DNA of 64,000 bases from Blastocatellia bacterium (lineage in GTDB: Bacteria; Acidobacteriota; Blastocatellia; UBA7656): the NCBI GenBank assembly GCA_963765495.1, contig CAVXWP010000009.1:256001-320000 (forward strand). Direction: 5' to 3'. This document shows, piece after piece, positions 53,887-62,858 of this stretch (positions within the stretch are counted from its first letter, which is position 1; every line of letters begins with the position of its first letter). The notes below the pieces were generated by a model. The model had not been told where the DNA came from. It worked only from the letters and a program-made list of their open reading frames with translations, and did no database searches. Both the position numbers and the translations under genes were made by a program.

Positions 53887-55675
53887 TCTCGCGTCTTTTA
53901 TAAACCGCGATATCGGCTGTTTTTCCTATCTGATCATAGCCCGCGCTCACCAGATCGCGCACGTTTCTATCTTTCAATTTGTCTTCCATAAGAATCAATT
54001 TGAATTGCCTGCCTTCTATCTGCTCAAGCACGGCTTCTCTGTCGCCGCCCTTCAGACCCACTGAATGCCACCATACAAATCGAGTGGGATTGCTGCGGCC
54101 TGTAAGAAAATAAAATGCGGTGCCTCGCTTTGCAAAAGAGAAAATGTAATCATCCGTCGAGCTATTGCTTTCAATCAAACTCGCCAGCCCCTCTATCAAT
54201 TCCGCCTGTCTTCGTCTTACGAGTATTCCGCGCGCGCTATTGATTTGCAGCCCGGTTCGCTCAATAAAATGAAGGCTTGAATCGAAATGCGGCTGCCAGG
54301 TGTCTTTGATGCCCGTCGCAAAGAAAAATACCAGCGGAGCCGCCGCGCAAAGTAATGTCGCGCGTTTGGAGAGAGGCAAGCGCATTTGAAAATAAGCCAG
54401 CAATGCGGGCAGCAATCTTGCCGCAAACAAGGTTGCGAGAAGAAACACGAGAGGCAGCACTCGCACAAGATGATAGTAATCGGCTCGCGGGTAGAGTTCC
54501 AGATATGCGCCTATCGCAAAAAGAGCCGTGAAGACGATTGCTCCGTGCAAGCGCCACCAATCGCGCCTCAAAGCGTCATTTCGATAAATTCTCTTCAATT
54601 GAAAGAAGGCGATTATCACTGCCAGAAAGAATAGAAAGATCGGGAAATAAGCGACCGCCGCCGAAGCCGATGCTTTAATCCGGTAGAGGCGGCCGGGAAT
54701 CAAAACGGCCACGGCTCCGGCGCAAACAGTTAAGCCCGCGTAAAGCATAAAGAGTTTTGGAGCTTTGGTGAGCACTATAAATCCACCCGCAATTATTACG
54801 AGCGAGGCGAGCGCAAACGCAGCGACCAGCTTGATCGAGGGAAGCGGAACCGATTTCTCTTCCCCATATGCCAGCGCGTGATGCAGGAAATGATCTACCA
54901 TAGCTCCCAGCGCATTGTTGAAAGCCAGATACAAAACCATCGCCCCGGCGAGAATCGCAAAGCCTATCCAGTAAATCGCAGCCCGCTTTATGACGACCGA
55001 AATCAATCGCGGACGGAAGGCTGATTCGCCCGCGATCATCGCCTCCCTGATCGCAATTGCCAGCGTGCCCGATCCAAGCAAAAAGATGCCCACGTTGTAT
55101 TTGAAGACAAAGACTACGCCCGCCGCCATTCCGCCAAACAGTATCCAGCGCATCTTTTCGCTCTCGTCATAGTTGAGCATAAAGATCAGACCGCACAGGA
55201 TAAAGAGCATAGAATATTGAGTCGGAACTATGGCGTAGATGTAATTGTGACCTAGCCAGAAGAGTGTCAGAGCTACGGGGATGAGCGCGACCAGGGGCGA
55301 AGTCAATCTTTGCCCGATGTAAAACACCGCCACGAGCGTGCCCAGCTTGAAGGCAAAGAGCCCTGCTCTCGCTGTCATGACAGTTGCGCCAAACAGCTTC
55401 ATAAGCAAGGCGTTTAACCACAGCAGGCCGGGCGTGTAGTTGTAGAGGAAATCTCTGTAAGGGACTTCTCCGTTCAAGACTCGTTCGGCGGGCGCAAGGC
55501 TATAGCCTATGACCGAAAGCCACAGACCGCGATTTATAAAGATGCCGTAACAGACAATCCCGGCAAGGAGTGTTATCGCAAGCGGGACAACTCGATTTAA
55601 GCCTTTGAGCCGTTCCTGCTTTGTTGAGCGTTCATCCAAACGCGCGGGCTTGCTTTGCATCGTAGAGCTTTGCAT
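53882..55675 (-). CDS. Polytopic membrane protein, GT-C/ArnT-like glycosyltransferase
   Basis: AERVLNGEVPYRDF..YTPG, many TM helices, FKYNVG, FYFLTGRSNPTRF. Confidence 0.7.
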   Translation of the reverse strand: MQSSTMQSKPARLDERSTKQERLKGLNRVVPLAITLLAGIVCYGIFINRGLWLSVIGYSLAPAERVLNGEVPYRDFLYNYTPGLLWLNALLMKLFGATVMTARAGLFAFKLGTLVAVFYIGQRLTSPLVALIPVALTLFWLGHNYIYAIVPTQYSMLFILCGLIFMLNYDESEKMRWILFGGMAAGVVFVFKYNVGIFLLGSGTLAIAIREAMIAGESAFRPRLISVVIKRAAIYWIGFAILAGAMVLYLAFNNALGAMVDHFLHHALAYGEEKSVPLPSIKLVAAFALASLVIIAGGFIVLTKAPKLFMLYAGLTVCAGAVAVLIPGRLYRIKASASAAVAYFPIFLFFLAVIIAFFQLKRIYRNDALRRDWWRLHGAIVFTALFAIGAYLELYPRADYYHLVRVLPLVFLLATLFAARLLPALLAYFQMRLPLSKRATLLCAAAPLVFFFATGIKDTWQPHFDSSLHFIERTGLQINSARGILVRRRQAELIEGLASLIESNSSTDDYIFSFAKRGTAFYFLTGRSNPTRFVWWHSVGLKGGDREAVLEQIEGRQFKLILMEDKLKDRNVRDLVSAGYDQIGKTADIAVYKRREK

Positions 55676-55705
55676 CAGATTCAGCGTCCGGGCATTCAGG
55701 CGAAA

Positions 55706-57409
55706 TCACTTTCGCTCGAATATGAGCATCTCGCCAAACTCTTTGCTCAGAGTGAAATTCTCGCTTATATAATTCCGCATAGGCGGATACTTTTCAGCAT
55801 CCATGTCTTTTCGGCTCGTGACTATCAGGCAGACATCTTTTTCCTGCACCGATCTCAGGGTCTCGGCCCGTTCCGTGTCGCTCACGCCGACGCCTCCCCA
55901 GAACTGCGCGCCCGATGGATTGTTTCTATCGGCGAGAAACAGAAGAGACGAACCGGCATAGGATTGAGCAAAAAAGTACCCGTCCGGCGCTACCTGCTGT
56001 TGAATATAATTTACCGCCGAATCGATTTCGCTCGCTTTGTCTTCGGGAAAATAGACACCTCGGCCACGCGCAACGGTCAACTCCGTATTGCTCTTAAATC
56101 GAAGGTGATCGTCAAAGTAAGTATTGAAAAACAGCCGCGCACCCATAAGCCAAAAGATCATCGGCAAGACGCTCAACACGAATCCGGCTCTCTTTGCCCC
56201 CCCGAAAAACTCAGGGATGGACGACCTGAAGATGTAGTGGAAGTAAAGTAAAAGCAGGACTACGAAAGGCATCGCGCCAACAGCTTGTTCGCGTGCAAAT
56301 CGCGGAAACGATTCCATAAACGCCGCCGCCGCCGCCACAGTCACGGCGAGTAAAACGGATCGGTCTGTAACTCCGATTTTGCTGCCCAGTATGAACCCCG
56401 TAATCCCGGCAGCGATGACGATCATAGGCGCATAAAAAATAAGTCCGTCTATCAAATCCTGATCTAAGACCAGTAGGGAAATAATTACAAGTGCAACAAT
56501 CGAGGCCCAGATCAGGCTCGCTTCCTCGCGGTATCTGAACTTATAAGCAGCCCACACGCAGGTGGCCAGTAACAAGACAAACATCAAAGGAACCAGAGGC
56601 GAGGGCAACCCGGCTAGCCTGCTGACAAGGAACTCGCCCGGCCCGAAAAGCAGCGTCTTTGCCATTGCCCCGAGCGCCCCCTGAGTCTTCATGAAGATGA
56701 GCGCGGGTATGATCAAAACTGCGAATCCTGCCGAAAGCACAAGTGCGCGTCTGTAATTCTTTATCGCTCGCCTGAGGTTCAGACCTGTCTCTTCGGTATC
56801 GAACAGGACCACGGCGATTGATCCGATCAGCGCGTAACCGCCGATGTTATGTTTGAAGAGCGCGAGCGCGCCCAGCGCCACTCCTGTCGCAAAAAGATAA
56901 GCGCCCTTGTGATCGCGCAGAAACCGGATCAACAGATACAGACCCAGCGCGAGAAACAATTCGCCGTAATGCATGGGCACGGCCTTGAAAGGCCCGTTTG
57001 GCCTCAACCAGATGAGCGAATAGAGCGCGGCACTAAACGCCCAGCTTCGCGACATTATCTGTCGCGCGCTCAGATAGATCATCAGCGTTGTGAGCGTTTT
57101 GAACAGGGCTACGCCAAGCATCGCGTTATACAAAGAGATACCCATTAATTTGAATATCGCCGCGTTGAGATAAATTATCGCGGGCGGGTAAAGAGTATGA
57201 AAATCTCTATACGGCACCTCTCCGGCAAGTATTCGTTCCGCGCCGAAAAGGTTATATCCGATTGAATAAGAGAGTCCGCTTTCGTGGTTGAAGAGTAATC
57301 CGAACAGCGTTCCGGCGAGAGCAAGCACGAGGAAGGCAGTCGCCACGTCCTTCAACTTTTCGGCGTGGGCAGGAACCCCATTTTCGATTTGCATAGCGCG
57401 CGAAATCAT
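55706..57409 (-). CDS. Polytopic membrane protein, GT-C/ArnT-like glycosyltransferase (paralog of its neighbour)
   Basis: AERILAGEVPYRDF..YPP, FKHNIG, FLADRNNP. Start trimmed to ATG 57409 to remove overlap. Confidence 0.7.
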   Translation of the reverse strand: MISRAMQIENGVPAHAEKLKDVATAFLVLALAGTLFGLLFNHESGLSYSIGYNLFGAERILAGEVPYRDFHTLYPPAIIYLNAAIFKLMGISLYNAMLGVALFKTLTTLMIYLSARQIMSRSWAFSAALYSLIWLRPNGPFKAVPMHYGELFLALGLYLLIRFLRDHKGAYLFATGVALGALALFKHNIGGYALIGSIAVVLFDTEETGLNLRRAIKNYRRALVLSAGFAVLIIPALIFMKTQGALGAMAKTLLFGPGEFLVSRLAGLPSPLVPLMFVLLLATCVWAAYKFRYREEASLIWASIVALVIISLLVLDQDLIDGLIFYAPMIVIAAGITGFILGSKIGVTDRSVLLAVTVAAAAAFMESFPRFAREQAVGAMPFVVLLLLYFHYIFRSSIPEFFGGAKRAGFVLSVLPMIFWLMGARLFFNTYFDDHLRFKSNTELTVARGRGVYFPEDKASEIDSAVNYIQQQVAPDGYFFAQSYAGSSLLFLADRNNPSGAQFWGGVGVSDTERAETLRSVQEKDVCLIVTSRKDMDAEKYPPMRNYISENFTLSKEFGEMLIFERK

Positions 57410-57423
57410 CTGCTCTTCCGGGA

Positions 57424-58509
57424 TCAAACCTCGACGCCCTTGGCGGTCACATCTCTGATAGGCCTCTCTGTGCGCACAAGGTCTGCGCGAGAGATATAGA
57501 TAAATCCGCCCGCGATGGCGTTCAGCAATATGGGCGCGAAAGCCAGAAACGAAAACATTAGCGCCTGCTCGCGCGCGATGCCTGCGCCAGCAAACAGGAC
57601 TATGAGGGCCCATTCGCGAACGCCAAGCCCGCCCACTGAAATCGGCATCATCCTGATCAAATCAACAAGCGAGATAAAAGCAAAGATCAGCGGCAATCCG
57701 AGCGGCAAGCCCATAGCCTCTGCCACCACGTAACATCCAAGACTCCAAACCACCCTTATCAAGACCGATACCAGAACGGTCGAGACGAGCATCCACGGAT
57801 ATTTTCTGAGTTCCGATATTGCTTCAAGCGTGCGCGAGGCGGCTTCGCCAAGACGCTCGGCCTTAAATCGCCCGGTCTTAAATCGCCCGGTCTTAAATCG
57901 CCCGCCCATCCATCTAAACAATCGCGCGAGCCGCGACGAGACGTAATCGCTCATCAAAAGCGACAGCGCGAGGAAGGCGAGCGCGAGCAGCGCCTCGCCC
58001 AGGTAGATCAATCGCCCCTCGGGCAGACGACCGTGGCTTGCAACCATTGCGCCCAGACCTATCAGCAACAGAACGAACAGCCCAACCGTCCTCTCATACA
58101 CAAGCGTAGAGAGCACGAATGCCTTGTCGTGTATTTCGCGATCTACATAGACCAGCCGCGCCACATCGCCGCTTACGCTTCCGCCAGGCACAAAATTGCT
58201 GAAAAAGATTCCGATAAGATAATAAACAAAAAGCCGATTTGTATTGATCCTGTGGCCGCGAACCCTCAGTATCAGGCCCCAGCGATAGGCCATCAGCCAG
58301 TTGACCATCACAGTAGCAAGCACCGCAAGCGGCAAAAGCGACACCCGCGTAGCCCGTATCGCCTCGGCCAATCCGCGAGCATCGGACCTCAGTATGACAA
58401 TCGCAAGCGCGGTTATGCCTACCGTGATTTGAAGCACTCCGCGCAGGTTCAATCCGCGCCGCCGCTCTACTACGGCAACCTCGTTTTCAGAATGACTTTG
58501 CGTACTCAT
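57424..58509 (-). CDS. Lysylphosphatidylglycerol-synthase-TM / YbhN flippase-like protein
   Basis: AYRW, FFSNFVPGGSVSGDVAR, ER, PISVGGLGVRE. Confidence 0.85.
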   Translation of the reverse strand: MSTQSHSENEVAVVERRRGLNLRGVLQITVGITALAIVILRSDARGLAEAIRATRVSLLPLAVLATVMVNWLMAYRWGLILRVRGHRINTNRLFVYYLIGIFFSNFVPGGSVSGDVARLVYVDREIHDKAFVLSTLVYERTVGLFVLLLIGLGAMVASHGRLPEGRLIYLGEALLALAFLALSLLMSDYVSSRLARLFRWMGGRFKTGRFKTGRFKAERLGEAASRTLEAISELRKYPWMLVSTVLVSVLIRVVWSLGCYVVAEAMGLPLGLPLIFAFISLVDLIRMMPISVGGLGVREWALIVLFAGAGIAREQALMFSFLAFAPILLNAIAGGFIYISRADLVRTERPIRDVTAKGVEV

Positions 58510-59234
58510 TACTTTGACTGCTGCTTTCCGCGAGGCTTCGAATGAATGTTGATCCAGATGCGCGCAAGCTCGGCAAGCGTAGAAAAAACATGACTCGGAC
58601 GGATGGTTGAACGACCCGCCGGTCTCGGGTAATGCCGCACTCCTATTTCGGCCATCCTGAAACCGTAGTATCTGGCCTTTGCCAGCACCTCGGCATCGAC
58701 AAAGAACTTCTTCGATTCGATCTTTATCCGATCAAATATTTCGCGGCGAAACAGCTTGAACGCGCAATCAATGTCTCGCACCTTTATCCTGAAGATTATC
58801 CTCACAATCAGGTTGAATACCCAGCTTATCACGAGCCGGGTCAGGGGGTCGAAGCGGTATATGCGGAACCCGCAAACCAGATCGGCGTCCTCGATCAGCG
58901 GAAGTAAATCGGTAAGCTCTCGAACATCGAATTGATTATCCGAGTCGGTGTAAAAGATGAGTTGATGGCGGGCGCTTGTAAAGCCTGTCTTTAGCGCCTC
59001 GGCGTACCCTTTGTTTGGATTATGATGCAGCACGCGGATATGATCGGGGTCATTACGCGCCAGATGGTCGGCGATCTCGCCCGTGCGATCCCGCGAGCCG
59101 TCATTTACTACGATAACCTCCCAATCCTTGAGCGGAAGCGACCGCAGCACATCGGCCATTCGGGTTGTGGCCGTCTCGATATTCTCTTCTTCGTTATAGG
59201 CCGGAAGTACGGCTGAGATGCTGTCAAAAGGCAT
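58509..59234 (-). CDS. GT2 polyprenol-phosphate glycosyltransferase (DPM1-like)
   Basis: PAYNEE, VNDGSRD, NKGY, YTDSDNQF, DIDCAFKLFRR. Confidence 0.9.
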   Translation of the reverse strand: MPFDSISAVLPAYNEEENIETATTRMADVLRSLPLKDWEVIVVNDGSRDRTGEIADHLARNDPDHIRVLHHNPNKGYAEALKTGFTSARHQLIFYTDSDNQFDVRELTDLLPLIEDADLVCGFRIYRFDPLTRLVISWVFNLIVRIIFRIKVRDIDCAFKLFRREIFDRIKIESKKFFVDAEVLAKARYYGFRMAEIGVRHYPRPAGRSTIRPSHVFSTLAELARIWINIHSKPRGKQQSK

Positions 59235-59237
59235 AGA

Positions 59238-59350
59238 GTGATCCGTGATGCGCGATACGCGATACGTGATTCGTGATTCGTGACCGGACCTGACAGCCAG
59301 TCAGCGTTTCCCTGCTATCTCCCTATAAATCACGCATCACACATCACGCA
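59238..59350. repeat. (CGTGA..)n/(..TCACG)n heptamer hairpin element
   Basis: gtgatccgtgatgcgcgatacgcgatacgtgattcgtgattcgtgaccggacctgacag ... tcacgcatcacacatcacgca. Confidence 0.8.
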
Positions 59351-61030
59351 TTATCCAAGGTATCCCCAGCCGCGCAGACGCTCGCGTATCTCTTCGCTCT
59401 CTTCATCGGTCATCGCACCGGCTTTCTCGGCTTCCACTTCGGCAACGGCGTCGGAAATTCTCACGGGATTGGCCCGCATGTACTCTTCGGTGAAGATCTC
59501 TTCCAGCACGCGGCCGTCCATATCCGACGGCACTTCCACGCCAAAGCTGTGAAGGATGGTCGGCGCGTAATCGATTATTCGCGCTCCCTCAACCGTAGCG
59601 CCGCGACGAAGCTCCGGCCCGCGCCCAAGCATTATGCCGTGCATGCGGTGGTCGCCTGAATTGCCGTAGACCTGAGTGATGAATTTGTTCGATGTGAGAT
59701 CGAGCGTGCCAAGAGGTTTGTTCGACATATCGGCGGGCAAAAACTGTATGTCGGGCGACTCGTCGCTGTGCGGCCCCGTGTAGAGGTCTTCGCGCCGCCA
59801 GATGGGGCCGATCAACGCCTGGCCGGTTTCGGGGTCCGAGAGCGCGCCAAGCTTGCCGATGATCGACTCCAGTGTGCGATCATACTCAGCGCCCGGCTCG
59901 ACTATCCCGTGCTTTTCGCGCCCGCGCAGGTTGATAAATATCTGCCCGTAATTGCCCTTTGAAAAGGCCGTTGTCCGCGACCAGTCTACGTCTTCGAGCG
60001 AAAGCATCAGCATATTGGCCAGCTTCATCAGGCTCGAGCGATTTGTCACGCCTACGGAAAGACGCAAGTGAGCAAGCCCCAGTTTCATAGCCGAGCGATA
60101 GGCCAGATCAGGCGTAAGCCCGAGCCTGAACAGCACCCGCTTCATCCGCGTCATCGCATCGCGCTTCAACACAAGCAAGCCTTCGTTTATCAGCCACACG
60201 TTAAAGCAGAGGAATTTCTTTATAGGCCCGAATCCGTGATCCGATCCCATATAAATAGTCGCGTCCTCGCCTGCTTCATCAAACATCTCGCCAAGCGTAG
60301 TGTCTACCGCGTGCCAGTATTCGTGAATGCGTCCGATGTGGGCCAGATGCTCTTTGCGATTAAAGAAAGGGTGCGTCTCGTCGAGCAGATGCCACAGTTC
60401 GTGCTGAAACCTGTCGGTCCCCCAGTAGTGAGTGGCAAAGACATCCCAGCCGTATTCGTTCATCAGGTAGCGGTTGACTTTGGTCTTATATTCGAGTTCT
60501 TCAAATAGCTGGTTGAGAATCTTATCCACATTGCCGGGCGTATAGACCTCGGTAATGTAAAGCTGGTACGGGCCGAATCGCGACTCGATTTCCTTTAGCA
60601 GGCTCTCGGGATAGGTGAAGTCCTGGCGGCCTCGCGGGGTGAGAAAATCCGAGACCATAAGTCCGTTTGCCATCATGGGCGGATAGGTGCAGGGCATATT
60701 CGTGACTATGGCCTGCCGACCCATGCGGCCAAGTATGTCCCAGAAAGGAAGCCCGTCGCGCGCCCTGGAACTGACGGGCATATCGGGCAGTTCGCCCGAA
60801 TCCTTGCGCCGGAGCAAAAACTCGAATATGCCGTGTTTTCCGGGATTTTTGCCGGTCATCCACGACACCCAGGCGGTCGGCGTGATCGGCGGAATAGTGG
60901 TTTCAAGCAATCCGCGAACGCCTTCACTGATAAAGGCGGAGAGTCGGGGCATCAAGCCCTCTTTCATCAACGGATCGAGAACGTCGAATGTCGAGCCATC
61001 AAGGCCGATGAATAGAACTTTTTTACTCAT
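59351..61030 (-). CDS. Alkaline-phosphatase-superfamily phosphodiesterase/nucleotide pyrophosphatase
   Basis: IGLDG, TIPPITPTAW..TGKNPGKHGIF, SDHGFG, SGDHRMHG, RLRGWGYL. Start ATG 61030. Confidence 0.88.
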   Translation of the reverse strand: MSKKVLFIGLDGSTFDVLDPLMKEGLMPRLSAFISEGVRGLLETTIPPITPTAWVSWMTGKNPGKHGIFEFLLRRKDSGELPDMPVSSRARDGLPFWDILGRMGRQAIVTNMPCTYPPMMANGLMVSDFLTPRGRQDFTYPESLLKEIESRFGPYQLYITEVYTPGNVDKILNQLFEELEYKTKVNRYLMNEYGWDVFATHYWGTDRFQHELWHLLDETHPFFNRKEHLAHIGRIHEYWHAVDTTLGEMFDEAGEDATIYMGSDHGFGPIKKFLCFNVWLINEGLLVLKRDAMTRMKRVLFRLGLTPDLAYRSAMKLGLAHLRLSVGVTNRSSLMKLANMLMLSLEDVDWSRTTAFSKGNYGQIFINLRGREKHGIVEPGAEYDRTLESIIGKLGALSDPETGQALIGPIWRREDLYTGPHSDESPDIQFLPADMSNKPLGTLDLTSNKFITQVYGNSGDHRMHGIMLGRGPELRRGATVEGARIIDYAPTILHSFGVEVPSDMDGRVLEEIFTEEYMRANPVRISDAVAEVEAEKAGAMTDEESEEIRERLRGWGYLG

Positions 61031-61117
61031 AACAAAAGACCGGAAAATATAACTGATGAGTGCGCGGATTTCAACCGCACCCGTCCTGGCGACAGGGCTG
61101 TAACAAAGTCGGGTGGA

Positions 61118-61203
61118 AATGTAGGGGCAGGGCTTGTCCCTGCCCGGATCGCCCAAAGGGCGATGACAGCGATTCGGGCAGGGACAAGCCCTGCCCCTAC
61201 ATT
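61118..61203. repeat. GTAG-family REP-like palindromic doublet
   Basis: aatgtaggggcagggcttgtccctgcccggatcgc ... gcgattcgggcagggacaagccctgcccctacatt. Confidence 0.88.
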
Positions 61204-61320
61204 ACATTTCAAGCTACTTTGTTATAGCCCTGGTCTTGGCGAGAAGTTCAGTTTCCCGCAAAAAATTGATCAGGATTGTCACGTGATACGGGCAGGCTAA
61301 AAACTGACCTTCCCACCCAT

Positions 61321-62850
61321 TCAATCCTTCAATCCCAACTGGGTTTCATTCCAACTGCGATGCTTCAACAAAACCAGCGCCCGGCTCCAGTATTCCGACA
61401 TCCGGCGCCGCTCTTTCTCGTCATAGAAACGCAAGCCGAAAAGCAGGAGCGGAAACGACAGCGCGAGCACTACCTTGATCAATATTGACAGATAGAGCCT
61501 GCCCCGGCTTTGCGTTTCGCCCCGCAGAAAATCTATCAGATAAAAGAGCGCCGTAATCCCTCCGCCAACCATCCCGATTGTAAATACCCTCCCCCACTCA
61601 TAACGGACTTTGAAGAAAAGATTCGAGACCTTGTACCTCAAAACGCAAAAGAAGAGGTATGAGAGCAATGTAGCCACCGTAGCGCCCAGCACGGCATAAC
61701 GCGGTATCAACAGAAAATTCAACGCTATGTTTACAAGCAGCGCGGCTGTCGTCACGATTGGCGCGTAGATGGTCCGCTTCCTGAGCGTTATGCCTATGTT
61801 CAGCACGCGAGTGGCGCTATCGAGCACGGCAGACATCGCAAGCAAGGGGATGATGGTCGCGGCGGGCCAGTAGCTTTTCAGGCCATAGAGTCTCAGGCCG
61901 TCCCCGGCTACCGATGATATGCCGAGCGCCAGAAACATGCTGACGAGCGCGATATAGGTGAGCACCCGCGAGTAATATTCTTCGGCTCCCTCTTCATTCA
62001 TCACCGAAAATCGCATGACGGTCCAGACCTGGCTGAAGGGAACGGTCACAAGGATAGTCACTACCGAAATCAGCGTGTTCGACATGGCATAGACGCCAAG
62101 CTCTTTGTCGGTGCCGTATCGTTCGAGAAAGAAGCGGTCGATCATCATAAAGAGCGTGAACGATATCTGTCCGAATATCAGCGGCGTGCCAAAGGTGAGC
62201 ATTCCGCGCAACTCTGAAAATGAAAAGGTGAGCCTCAACTCGCGCCAGACGACAAGGAAAAATATCACCGCCTCAAAGATGGTTCCCGCAAGCCGGCCTA
62301 TCAAAACATTTTCAACCGAGGCATCGACCACTACGACAAGGTAAGAGATCGCAAGCAACTGAAATACGAAGGCTATGATGTTGAGTATCGAATAGCGTGT
62401 CGAGCGAAAATTCACTCTCAGGATCGTATCTGGGATGAGCGTTATGATGTCGAAAAACCCTATATAAAAAATCAGGCGTAAGAGGTTTGCCCGGCTCGCG
62501 TCGCCCGAAAATACAAGCCAGGAAATCTGCGGCGCGAGCATGTATAATGCGCCTGTGAATAGCGCAGACGACAGGAGCAGAAAAATGAGCGTAGTGCCTA
62601 CGATACGATGGCGATGCTCGGGGTCTTCCGTGTCATAGTAATGGCGGAAAAATGCCTGATTCAGGCCGAATTTCAGCACTATGGTCTCAAGCGTCAGCAC
62701 TATCATGACAAGCGACAGAATGCCGAACTCTCTGGCCGTCAGGTGCCGCGCATAGATCGGGACCAGGACAAGGCCGAAGGCGCTGTTTACCACGCTTCCG
62801 ATCCCGAATATGAGCGTGTGCTTTACGGTCTTTTTTATCTTGTCGTAAAT
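61321..62850 (-). CDS. Oligosaccharide flippase (Wzx family); start uncertain, possibly ATT at 62850
   Basis: LVPIYARHLTAREFG, FGTPLI, IDRFFL, LNFLLIPRYAVLGATVATL. The frame extends upstream of GTG 62793 as (I)YDKIKKTVKHTLIFGIGS. Confidence 0.85.
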   Translation of the reverse strand: MYDKIKKTVKHTLIFGIGSVVNSAFGLVLVPIYARHLTAREFGILSLVMIVLTLETIVLKFGLNQAFFRHYYDTEDPEHRHRIVGTTLIFLLLSSALFTGALYMLAPQISWLVFSGDASRANLLRLIFYIGFFDIITLIPDTILRVNFRSTRYSILNIIAFVFQLLAISYLVVVVDASVENVLIGRLAGTIFEAVIFFLVVWRELRLTFSFSELRGMLTFGTPLIFGQISFTLFMMIDRFFLERYGTDKELGVYAMSNTLISVVTILVTVPFSQVWTVMRFSVMNEEGAEEYYSRVLTYIALVSMFLALGISSVAGDGLRLYGLKSYWPAATIIPLLAMSAVLDSATRVLNIGITLRKRTIYAPIVTTAALLVNIALNFLLIPRYAVLGATVATLLSYLFFCVLRYKVSNLFFKVRYEWGRVFTIGMVGGGITALFYLIDFLRGETQSRGRLYLSILIKVVLALSFPLLLFGLRFYDEKERRRMSEYWSRALVLLKHRSWNETQLGLKD

Positions 62851-62858
62851 CGTAACCC

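Noticed and set aside
61031-61156. N-terminal extension of the AlkP-family ORF, and similar extensions of ORFs at 42296, 44018 and 57613
   Set aside because: The extensions run through a REP element, non-coding DNA or neighbouring genes. Downstream ATGs match the family N-termini.
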